A stretch of 64,000 nt of DNA from Clostridiales bacterium (lineage in GTDB: Bacteria > Bacillota > Clostridia > Christensenellales > DTU072): assembly GCA_012841525.1 (NCBI GenBank), contig DUUO01000005.1, positions 64,104 through 128,103 on the forward strand, written 5' to 3'. Positions 40,826-49,525 of the stretch are shown one piece after another. The position numbers and the translations under genes were made by a program. The notes under the pieces are model-generated. The model did not search any database, had not been told where the DNA came from, and saw only the letters and a list, made by a program, of their open reading frames with translations. Position 1 is the stretch's first letter, and each line of letters opens with the position of its first letter.

Positions 40826-43800
40826 ATGAATAAAAAAAAGAGATTTTTATATTCAATATTTTTTATTTTGCTAATTTCCATTAGCATGTTTTTATTTGCT
40901 TGTAATAAAGGAACTAGCACACAAAAAGACTTATTATTGTTAAAAACCGATGTATCTCAGCTTACTTTTATTGAAGATGAAGTACATCTTGATGAAATAG
41001 CTTTTGAATATATTGACATCAATGGTAATGTCATAGAATTAAATGGAAATGATTTAGAAATTTCAGAAACAGACAGAGAATCTCTTAACACACCTGGTTT
41101 TAAATCAATTACTTTCAAATATAATAATTCAGAACACATAGTGTGTTTTCTTGTTCAAGAGAAACCAACAATATATAACTACAATTTGACTTTTGATGCA
41201 AATGGTGGATTTTTTTCAACAATAAATGCTGAAACTCTATCTATTACTTCAGGGGAAATTTTAAGATCACCACCAGAAACTCCAGTGAGAGAGGGGTATG
41301 ATTTTGCAGGCTGGTATCCAAATTATCATTTTATTGAATCTGATAAACTTATTACACCATACAAAATAAGTCCTGAAGTAACTTCATTTGTAGCAAAGTG
41401 GTTAAGTACAAAACGCCATGAGGTGTCTTATAAGAAGCAACAGGGCGAACAAATTTCAAACATCAAAAAAATTGATAATATGACCATCTCAGATGGTGAA
41501 TCTATACATTTAATAAACAAAAATGAGTTTCAAGATTATGATATACTCATAAAAAACAATTCTGTTGATGAATATTTAAAATATAATTTTGTTGGATATA
41601 AAATTGAAACATTTGATGAATCTACTGGTGAAAATGTTGTAAAATTCTTACCAAGCAACCACACTGACGCAATAGAAATTTCAAATAAAACGACAATAAT
41701 TTTAGTGTTTGAAATAAATAAATATGATGTTACTTTTACCGATGATAATAATGTAGAGCTTAAAAAAATAAAAGTTGAATATGGAAAAAAGGTTAACACA
41801 GAAGACATACCAGAAAAACCTTCGATAACTGGTTATGAAACATATTGGTTTAATAAAACATTGAATAAAGATTATAGGGTTGAAGATATTGAAAATGTAA
41901 CGCGCAACATATCCATTCAACTTAAAAAAACAATCATTAGAATTACTGTAAATTTTTATGATGAAGACAACATTAAACTTACAAACATCTCTAATGTATA
42001 TGAATATGGAAAGAGTATTGGAGCAAATAAAACCGTTCCACATAAAAATGGATATGATGGTAAATGGAGATTTAATGTTAATGACATAGATACTTTTTAT
42101 GAACCAGTGCAATTACAAAATTTAATATTAAACATTGCTCTATATCCTCAAATAGAAAGTAGTAAACAAATTAGTTTTTATGCAACTTATACAAAAAAAA
42201 GATACACTTTAAGATTTCATTATGATTTGCCTGAGCAAGAAGGTTTAATTTTTGAAAAAGAAATTGAATATGGAGATAGAATTAATGCAAAAGCCACTAT
42301 GAACTCCAATCTTTTTGCTTTAAAATATGTAGGAGCTTCTGGGCAATATTTTTCAGGATATGATTTTTCGTTATATAAAAATTCTACTTGGCATTACTCT
42401 ATTGATAAAACTAATCCATCAACTATTGTTAACGATAATCATAGTTTTGATGACCAAAATGCTATTTTAAATCAAAATCCACCATGGGATCGTAGCGTGT
42501 ATGATTTTTATTTCAATCCAATAAAAGAATTTAATGAAAGCAATATATCGTTTTCATATCCAGACCCTGAGAATTTTGATGTTTTATTGTTAGCTTCTGA
42601 TGACATAATAAAAGTTGAAATTTCAAATTCATTGGTGAAAATCTTAAACACGTCAAAGCTCATGGAATACTATCCAAGACATACTATCGATAAATGGGCA
42701 TATAACGAAACCGTTGATATTGATGACAACAAATTGATTTATCAAAGCTATAAAAACAATTATAAATATTTTAGAGATGATGTTGTATATTATGATGCAA
42801 AATTTTACAAACTTTCTAGTGATGAAAGCATAAATAATGCACCTGGAGTTGACGATTCATGGGAAATTTTATCTGGCATTAAAACAAAACAAGTTGAAAT
42901 TAGTTCTGATGATCTATATAAATTTAACTTAAACGAAAAACATTTATTCAGTGAAGACCCTTTAATTAATAATTCAATATATCCAATCTTCAAAGAGCGT
43001 AAATTTTCCTTGCAAATATATGATCAAACCTTTCAAACAACTCCAATTGCAACAAATGGTAGATATATATATAGTTATGAATTTATTAAAAAATATGAAA
43101 ATTTAGACTACACTTATGATGATGAAATTAATTTTAATTCGTTGATTAATCAATACTTATCTTCACAAGAATATTCCGATGGGACAGTATCAAATTTTGA
43201 ATTGATGGGACTATTTGAAGATAAAGCGTTCCAATCTGTTTCATATAATAGAACGAGTAGCATTAATATAAAAACTGATATAAAGCTTTATGCAAAATGG
43301 ATTGATCTAAATTTTGGTAGCGACGGTTTGGTTTTTTCTAAAATAGATAATGAAACTGCTGCTTTAATAGACTTTGAGCCACAAATAAATACTTTAAATA
43401 CAAAAATCAATTTAAATCTTGTAATACCGAACTTTTGGCAAGAAACAAAAGTTAAAGTTATTAAGCAGAACGCTCTTAAAAATTTAATAAAATATTCAAA
43501 TATTGAAATCGAAAATTTCACTCTTCCTGAATTTTTAAGTGAAATAGAAAATGATGAATTAAAAAATATTAAAGTAAATAATTCAATTTTAATAGCAAAT
43601 ACAAACACTAAATTTAATGTTGAAAATAATATATTGTATGAAAATATAGAGGGCGGTCAACGAAATATCGTTAAAGTTCCAATTAATATTGATATTATGG
43701 GAAATATTGCTCAGGTGTTTTCTAATGTATATAGCATTAATTCATATGCGTTTGCAAATTTCAAAAACATTCTAACACTGACAACATCCGACCATCCTTC

Positions 43801-44374
43801 ATTAAAGTTTATTGATGATTTTGCTTTTTTTGCTAGTTCCATTAGTGAATTTAGCTTAGGTGAAAATATTACTTATCTAGGACATCATGCTTTTGCAAAT
43901 TGTGAAAACCTTGATCAAGTTGAGTCAGTGATGTTCTCTGATAAAATTGATTTTGGAGCAAATGTTTTTGAAAACACTAAATGGTTAATTAGGGAAAGAG
44001 CGAGCCATAAACAAATAATTATTGGCAATATTTTAGTTGAAAGCATTATAAATTCAACTGATACAACTATTGAAATTGATGACAAAGTTAGCATTATTGC
44101 TGATAATGCTTTTGTATTTAATGTACAAGATAATCAACCATTTAACGATATTACAATAAAATTTAGAGAAAGCTCTAATATTAATTCGTTTGGAAACAAT
44201 GTTTTTACAAATACAATTAAGAAGTTAATAATACTAAATGACGATGATATTATACTAACTGAAACTTCATTGAATAATGTTTTACTTCTTGAAACAAAAC
44301 AGTCTAGAGTAGAGTATTTCAATATGCAACTTGCTAATCTTGAAAATAGTACATTGCCAATAGTTGGAGTTTAA
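40826..44374 (+). CDS. Large surface lipoprotein with Listeria/Bacteroides-type (Flg_new) repeats and a BspA-type leucine-rich-repeat C-terminus
   Basis: Start at ATG 40826 after AAAGGAAA. Signal peptide plus lipobox (MNKKKRFLYSIFFILLISISMFLFAC). Repeats of the type LTFDANGG...REGYDFAGWY and YDVTFTDD...ITGYETYWFN. C-terminal pattern INSYAFANFKNI...IDDFAFFASSISEF...LGHHAFANCENL. The track start at 40721 runs through the pnp terminator and is rejected. Confidence 0.75.
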   Translation: MNKKKRFLYSIFFILLISISMFLFACNKGTSTQKDLLLLKTDVSQLTFIEDEVHLDEIAFEYIDINGNVIELNGNDLEISETDRESLNTPGFKSITFKYNNSEHIVCFLVQEKPTIYNYNLTFDANGGFFSTINAETLSITSGEILRSPPETPVREGYDFAGWYPNYHFIESDKLITPYKISPEVTSFVAKWLSTKRHEVSYKKQQGEQISNIKKIDNMTISDGESIHLINKNEFQDYDILIKNNSVDEYLKYNFVGYKIETFDESTGENVVKFLPSNHTDAIEISNKTTIILVFEINKYDVTFTDDNNVELKKIKVEYGKKVNTEDIPEKPSITGYETYWFNKTLNKDYRVEDIENVTRNISIQLKKTIIRITVNFYDEDNIKLTNISNVYEYGKSIGANKTVPHKNGYDGKWRFNVNDIDTFYEPVQLQNLILNIALYPQIESSKQISFYATYTKKRYTLRFHYDLPEQEGLIFEKEIEYGDRINAKATMNSNLFALKYVGASGQYFSGYDFSLYKNSTWHYSIDKTNPSTIVNDNHSFDDQNAILNQNPPWDRSVYDFYFNPIKEFNESNISFSYPDPENFDVLLLASDDIIKVEISNSLVKILNTSKLMEYYPRHTIDKWAYNETVDIDDNKLIYQSYKNNYKYFRDDVVYYDAKFYKLSSDESINNAPGVDDSWEILSGIKTKQVEISSDDLYKFNLNEKHLFSEDPLINNSIYPIFKERKFSLQIYDQTFQTTPIATNGRYIYSYEFIKKYENLDYTYDDEINFNSLINQYLSSQEYSDGTVSNFELMGLFEDKAFQSVSYNRTSSINIKTDIKLYAKWIDLNFGSDGLVFSKIDNETAALIDFEPQINTLNTKINLNLVIPNFWQETKVKVIKQNALKNLIKYSNIEIENFTLPEFLSEIENDELKNIKVNNSILIANTNTKFNVENNILYENIEGGQRNIVKVPINIDIMGNIAQVFSNVYSINSYAFANFKNILTLTTSDHPSLKFIDDFAFFASSISEFSLGENITYLGHHAFANCENLDQVESVMFSDKIDFGANVFENTKWLIRERASHKQIIIGNILVESIINSTDTTIEIDDKVSIIADNAFVFNVQDNQPFNDITIKFRESSNINSFGNNVFTNTIKKLIILNDDDIILTETSLNNVLLLETKQSRVEYFNMQLANLENSTLPIVGV

Positions 44375-44383
44375 TTTTATTAT

Positions 44384-47300
44384 ATGTCCCCAAAAAACAA
44401 ATTAAAAAATCAAAAACTTTTACAAAATCAAAAACTTTTACAAAATCATGCTGATATATATCATTTGGAATTTGATGATTTTTCTAGATTAACTTTTTTT
44501 AACTCTTTATCAAAAGAAGATATTAGATATCTTATTACAAAATATAAAATAGATTTAACAGTCGAAGAATTTGAAAATTTAAAACTCATTTACAAAAAAA
44601 GCTTTCCTACAATATTGGAACTAAAAGTATTGGCAAAATATTGGGAAACAAGCCTAAGCCTTGTAAGTGCTCATATAAACAAAATAGAAATTAAATCTGG
44701 CTCCAATAAAATTAATGATACTCTAAAAAAAATTAATATTTTAAGAAAAAAACAAAACAAATCAAACATTTTATCTTTAAATGAAATATTTAATTTGTAT
44801 GACAAAAATTTGGAACAAAAAAAAATAAAAAGTTTAAATATGAGTGACAACTTACAAGCTTTGTCATGCTCAGCATATACTCCTAAAGGGAAAAAAACAT
44901 ACAGTTTAAATAGTTTTACAAGTTATGAAACCCTTGATAACAACTCATTATACAAAGCTATGATAAAAGGTTATGAGCATGAATTTGATTTAATGTTTTC
45001 TTTTCGATTTGATTTAAATAAAAGTTTATTAGAAAACTACATTGAATATGGATTTAAATCGTCAAATGCATGGATTTCTAGTATTTCAATATCAAGTAAA
45101 TTAGAAGAAAATAAAATGAATGTTTTTGATGTCTCAACAGTAATAGGCTTTGCAGACAAAAGCAAAATTCATCATTTTAATTTAAGTAATAACGATAAAA
45201 TTTTATTAATTCGTTTAAATAATGAAAAAAATGATTTACTTAATGTTTTGAATTTGTCTATGAATTGTTTTTTTAAAAAACATAACAGTTTCGCTGTGAT
45301 TAATGATTATAGTTTGTTTTTTAATTTAACAAATATTACAAAAAGCTTCAATATAAACATTAATTTGCTTAAAAAACAAAATATAGACTTAGATGAGTTT
45401 TTATTTTCGGAGCAATTAAAATATATTGCTGTGATAGTAAAAGAAAAACACATTACTGAGCTTTTAAGTGCTGCAAAAATTAAAAATCTTGATATTTTTG
45501 AAATTGGACAGATTAAAGATAATAATTATTATGAAATGTTTTTAAACGGAAATAAGGTTTTTTCAATTTACAATGAATTGCTCCATAACAAACCTAAACA
45601 AAATAATGTGGCAATAATAGATGAAGATATGAGTTATGATGCTATCCATTCTATGCTAGGTATAAATTTCAAAGAAACCGCTCTCAAAGATCTAAAAACA
45701 TTAAATACCGATTGTGATAGTGTTGCATTAAATTCATATTTGTCAGGAAACACTATAGTTGGACCTTATTTAGGAGAAACTCAAGCTACAACTTCTCAAG
45801 CTTTTTCCATATATCCAAATTATTTTAAAATAAAAGATTTTAAAGTTGGCATCGCTTTTTCTGAATCTGACAAACAAATAAACTTCATTAAAACTATTTC
45901 TACATTAACTACAACTTTGCTAAAAATAATTACAAAAGGCTATCCTATACATCAAGTTGTTTTAGAGGTTTTTTTGTTCAATAATAAAAATGATAAACCT
46001 AAAGAAATTGGGGAATTCCTATCTACGGCACTTGCCTGTTATGAATTTCAAAGTTTAACATCAATTCCTGTATTTAAACCTAAATTTAAGTTTCTAGATA
46101 GTCCTTCGGAAAATTCTTATCTTTATGTAAATGGTTATGGATATACAAACGGAAAAATTGTAAACAATGTATTTAAACAAGGAGATAAAATCTTTCGCCT
46201 TTCAATTGAAAAAGATTCTGATGGTTTGTCAGACTTTAACAAAATTTTGAAGCTATCAAGCACGATAACCATGAATATTGAAGTAGGTAACATTACAGCA
46301 GCATCTTATGTTGAAAAAAACATCATTAATACAATTATCATTAATACTCTTAATGCTAATTTAGGTTTTTCCTTTTCTATTATGGATAAATCATTCTTAC
46401 ATAGCGATTCTTTTGAAATTCTTCTTGCGATAAAAGATGTATCTGAAATTACAGCTTTTGATCTAGATTATATAGGTGTTGTTGATGGCTCTGGTGTAAT
46501 TCGATTTGCAAATTTTCAAATTACAAACTCTGAAATTCTTAAACAATTAAACAAAAAAACATTAACTAAATTAGAAAGCACAAAAAAAACAGAAAACAAA
46601 AACGTGCCCAAAATAATTCCCAAAATTAAAAAATCAAAATCAAATGCTTTAATTATATCGTTCGATAGATGTTCTATTTCAATATATTCAAATATTTTGA
46701 CATCCATAGGATTTAATGTAAAAGAAAAATTACTTGCGCCTAATTTTGTAATTACTGATTCATTAATTAGAGATTTGCGGGATAGTATTACTAAGTCAAA
46801 TATTATTTTAATAACTGGTGATATTCCAAATGAAAATCTTAAATATTATAATCATTTAATAAATATAATCAGAACTCCTAGTGTTTTAGATGCAATTAAT
46901 CAAGCATTGCATTCTTATAATGCTCTTATTTTTGCTTCTGGGGTAGGGGCGAAAATTTTATTTCAGCTTGGATTTATTGAAATGGGGAATTCTGAAGAAA
47001 AACCAAAATTTTCCAATTTCAATCAAGTTGAAACTCCATTAAATAAATTATTTAGATTTTCTTTAATAAATAAAAATAATTTATGGTTAAAAAATACAAC
47101 TATTAATTGTTGTAACTGTTCAATTAGTAGCAAAAATAATCATTTTAAATTACCACTTATAGAAATCGAAAAAATGTTAAAAAATGGACAAATTATAGCT
47201 CAATATAATTATGATAAATTTGCTATAAGCTCTAATCAAAAAAATATAAAAGATTTTATGGATTTATCGCCCGTTGGAATAACATCACCAAAAGGTAATA

Positions 47301-47404
47301 TTTGTGGTTTTTTGCCAAGTATTGAAAAATGTATACACACTTCTATAGAAAATTATCTTCTACTTGTTGAAATGTTTACTAATGCTTACAACTATTTAGA
47401 TTAA
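44384..47404 (+). CDS. FGAM synthase-like (PurL+PurQ fusion-like) protein with degenerate catalytic motifs, putative pseudoenzyme
   Basis: 1006 aa, no signal peptide. Collinear resemblance to PurL: DLTVEEFENLKLIYKKSFPTILELKVLAKYWETSL vs the ...EF..I...LGR.P...E...F...WSEHC region, LMFSFRFD vs LNSLRFG, FSEQLKYIAVIVKEK...LDIFEIGQIKDN vs SESQERMLLVVEKG...IG.VTD, ITAASYVEKN vs AAHD.SDGGL. Resemblance to PurQ: ALIFASGVGAKILFQLGFIE vs LG.CNGFQ.L...GLLPG, GITSPKGNICGFLPSIEK vs GI.N..GNVLGMMPHPER. That it is a real ORF is near certain. The family call is by eye. Confidence 0.6.
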   Translation: MSPKNKLKNQKLLQNQKLLQNHADIYHLEFDDFSRLTFFNSLSKEDIRYLITKYKIDLTVEEFENLKLIYKKSFPTILELKVLAKYWETSLSLVSAHINKIEIKSGSNKINDTLKKINILRKKQNKSNILSLNEIFNLYDKNLEQKKIKSLNMSDNLQALSCSAYTPKGKKTYSLNSFTSYETLDNNSLYKAMIKGYEHEFDLMFSFRFDLNKSLLENYIEYGFKSSNAWISSISISSKLEENKMNVFDVSTVIGFADKSKIHHFNLSNNDKILLIRLNNEKNDLLNVLNLSMNCFFKKHNSFAVINDYSLFFNLTNITKSFNININLLKKQNIDLDEFLFSEQLKYIAVIVKEKHITELLSAAKIKNLDIFEIGQIKDNNYYEMFLNGNKVFSIYNELLHNKPKQNNVAIIDEDMSYDAIHSMLGINFKETALKDLKTLNTDCDSVALNSYLSGNTIVGPYLGETQATTSQAFSIYPNYFKIKDFKVGIAFSESDKQINFIKTISTLTTTLLKIITKGYPIHQVVLEVFLFNNKNDKPKEIGEFLSTALACYEFQSLTSIPVFKPKFKFLDSPSENSYLYVNGYGYTNGKIVNNVFKQGDKIFRLSIEKDSDGLSDFNKILKLSSTITMNIEVGNITAASYVEKNIINTIIINTLNANLGFSFSIMDKSFLHSDSFEILLAIKDVSEITAFDLDYIGVVDGSGVIRFANFQITNSEILKQLNKKTLTKLESTKKTENKNVPKIIPKIKKSKSNALIISFDRCSISIYSNILTSIGFNVKEKLLAPNFVITDSLIRDLRDSITKSNIILITGDIPNENLKYYNHLINIIRTPSVLDAINQALHSYNALIFASGVGAKILFQLGFIEMGNSEEKPKFSNFNQVETPLNKLFRFSLINKNNLWLKNTTINCCNCSISSKNNHFKLPLIEIEKMLKNGQIIAQYNYDKFAISSNQKNIKDFMDLSPVGITSPKGNICGFLPSIEKCIHTSIENYLLLVEMFTNAYNYLD
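44408..44448 (+). repeat. Perfect 18-bp in-frame tandem repeat (2 copies plus 5 nt) at the 5' end of the PurL-like gene
   Basis: aatcaaaaacttttacaa at 44408-44425 and 44426-44443, then aatca. Encodes NQKLLQ-NQKLLQ-N. Confidence 0.9.
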
Positions 47405-47462
47405 AAACATATTATTTCTATGTTATAATAATATATATAAAAGTTATTTGAGAGAGGTCTAA

Positions 47463-47969
47463 ATGAAAATAGCTCTTTTAGTTTTGTTTCCATTAATTGC
47501 TGTTATAACACTAATATGGAGTGTTTTTTGTATGATAAAGATTTATAAATTAAATCAAAAATTTAAATCTTCTAAAGTTTTGCTTAAATTAAAATCTAGA
47601 CAAACTCTGCCAATCATAGCAATTAGTCTGCTTTCAATATTTTTAATATTGGATATAATTTATTTAGGAATAAAAAAAGAATACGCAATCGGCTTTTCTC
47701 TTTTTGTGATAATAATTAGTTTTATTTCATTATTTGGATTTGTTTTATCATTTAAGTCTGGCATCCTAGATTCAGGTTTAATTATACCTTATAAATTTAT
47801 TTCTAAAGACAGCAATTTTTCATTTAGTATAGACAAAAATCACATTTGTTTCTACGGAGACAAAAAAGGATTTGATACAATAACTTCAGCTATTACAAGA
47901 CTTTATTTTGACAGTGAAAATAAAAATGAACTTTTAGAAACATTAAACAGCTTGAAAAGTGATTCTTAA
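47463..47969 (+). CDS. Small integral membrane protein (three predicted TM helices plus a ~70-aa soluble C-terminus), function unknown
   Basis: Hydrophobic segments at about aa 3-25, 49-71 and 75-97. GAGAGAGG RBS. Possible extended -10 (TGTTATAAT) in the 58-bp gap upstream. Confidence 0.6.
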   Translation: MKIALLVLFPLIAVITLIWSVFCMIKIYKLNQKFKSSKVLLKLKSRQTLPIIAISLLSIFLILDIIYLGIKKEYAIGFSLFVIIISFISLFGFVLSFKSGILDSGLIIPYKFISKDSNFSFSIDKNHICFYGDKKGFDTITSAITRLYFDSENKNELLETLNSLKSDS

Positions 47970-47981
47970 AAGAAACATAAT

Positions 47982-49169
47982 ATGCCTAATAAAAAATCGC
48001 AATTTTTAAAAAATAGAATAGAAGAGTACATTTCTATTTTACCATTAATTAGTCTAAAATCATTTAAGTTTCCATTAAAAAATGATTACATTATTTCTAT
48101 TCAAAACAAATTAAAAAAAAATGAAAACATCGATAATATTGATAAACACATACAAAATTTCGAACATGCAATTAACCGTTCTTTAATGAGTATTTGTGGG
48201 TTTGGTATTTTTAATTTTTTGCCTAATAAAGTTGAATGTTTAGTTGAAATAGAGGATAAGGTATATTCTTTTAATGGACAAACTAATGGATTTTTCAATG
48301 TTAAACTTATTAATAGTGATAACAAAATTGTTTGTGACAAGAAAACAATTAATAATGGATTAATCTCTCTTAATTTTACTGATAATAATGAAATGTTTTT
48401 TATCGCAGATAATAAAAAATTTTTCATAAAATCTGATGTCTATGCAGGAAAAAAACAACAAAAAATAAAAATATTTGACACATATATTTTAGGCGATAGC
48501 GTTAATGCTATAATGGAATCTAATTCGAAAATTTTAAACATAAAGCAAAGTATTTCTTCACTGATTAATGACAATAAATTTAGTTTTACATATATTTTAG
48601 ATCGAAAATGCTCTGATTCTTTTACTTTTGTTTTAAATTTTGATAAACCACAAAAACTATTAAATAAGCATAAAGATTTTTGTTATATGTTGTATGAGTA
48701 TGAAGGGTTTAGCATTATTACTGGTGAAAATTCCATAGGATATGATAATAAAATTGAATATGCTTTCAAAAAAATAAATAATAAAAATGGAATAATAAGA
48801 GAATTAATTGAATTTACTATTCTTTTTAATCCAAATAATTCTTCGGAAACACAAAAACAAATAATTAATCAACTTTATTTGAAGAGCAAACCATTAGTTA
48901 AAATAATATCAGATAAAATAATTGATGATATATCTTTATATAAAACTTCGAACGAAAAAATTATTTTAAATAATATATATTTGGCAGAAAATAATATAGG
49001 AATTATTATTCAAATAGAAAATATTTCTAGTGAAGAGGAAATAGCAAAAATTAATTATGCTAATCTTGAACCAAAATATGTATTAAATGATAATCTAGAC
49101 AAAAAAGAAAGATGTTTTTCGGGAGTAAAACTAAAATCAAAAGAAAAAATGTTTTTACTTATGCAATAG
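47982..49169 (+). CDS. Hypothetical protein (395 aa, no signal peptide or TM), function unknown
   Basis: Long uninterrupted ORF 12 nt after the preceding gene. I recognise no motif. Beta-rich, Asn/Lys/Ile-rich composition. Confidence 0.55.
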   Translation: MPNKKSQFLKNRIEEYISILPLISLKSFKFPLKNDYIISIQNKLKKNENIDNIDKHIQNFEHAINRSLMSICGFGIFNFLPNKVECLVEIEDKVYSFNGQTNGFFNVKLINSDNKIVCDKKTINNGLISLNFTDNNEMFFIADNKKFFIKSDVYAGKKQQKIKIFDTYILGDSVNAIMESNSKILNIKQSISSLINDNKFSFTYILDRKCSDSFTFVLNFDKPQKLLNKHKDFCYMLYEYEGFSIITGENSIGYDNKIEYAFKKINNKNGIIRELIEFTILFNPNNSSETQKQIINQLYLKSKPLVKIISDKIIDDISLYKTSNEKIILNNIYLAENNIGIIIQIENISSEEEIAKINYANLEPKYVLNDNLDKKERCFSGVKLKSKEKMFLLMQ

Positions 49170-49207
49170 TGAAAAAATGGTATATAATTTATATGTTGCA
49201 AATGTAG

Positions 49208-49291
49208 TGGTGCGGTTGATGGGACTTGAACCCATACGGTATTTACCATACGCCCCTCAAACGTACGCGTCTGCCATTCCGCCACAACCGC
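49208..49291 (-). tRNA. tRNA-Leu (anticodon GAG), type II with long variable arm, CCA encoded
   Basis: Reverse complement reads GCGGTTG-TG-GCG-GAATGGCAGA-CGC-G-TACGT-TTGAGGG-GCGTA-TGGTAAATACCGT-ATGGG-TTCAAGT-CCCAT-CAACCGC-A-CCA. All four stems pair and the T-loop is TTCAAGT. Confidence 0.9.
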
Positions 49292-49325
49292 ATTTATATC
49301 AAATTAAACTAAATAGCTTGACTTC

Positions 49326-49348
49326 AGTTATTCTATTAAAGAATAACT
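49326..49348. promoter_or_regulatory. Perfect 9-bp inverted repeat between tRNA-Leu and clpC (candidate operator)
   Basis: AGTTATTCT-ATTAA-AGAATAACT. No flanking T-run, so it is unlikely to be a terminator. Confidence 0.3.
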
Positions 49349-49525
49349 AATTTGTCAAATACATGTATTAAGTTGTAAAATATAATTGATCTTTTAGTAT
49401 TAATAATTGCATTTTTACTTATATTGCATTTTTTTCTTATATTTTAAGATATAAACATTTTCTTAATTTATAAGCAACATAAAAAAGGTTATTTGTAATA
49501 CAAAAACAATATTTAAGGAGGAACC

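Noticed and set aside
40829-40840. An A8 homopolymer just after the lipoprotein start codon as a phase-variation switch.
   Set aside because: Lys-rich N-termini with A7-A9 runs occur in several housekeeping genes here (for example mtaB, rpoD and secD starts). The tract is therefore explained by composition. Strain data would be needed to claim slippage.
49055-49285. A 76-aa minus-strand ORF overlapping the end of the 395-aa gene and the tRNA.
   Set aside because: Most of it is the tRNA-Leu sequence read as protein, so the tRNA cloverleaf explains the region.
40700-49291. The cluster as a tRNA-targeted integrative genomic island.
   Set aside because: There is no integrase or recombinase, no direct repeat of the tRNA-Leu 3' end at the far boundary, and no mobility genes. 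It is kept only as 'accessory-looking', not called a mobile element.
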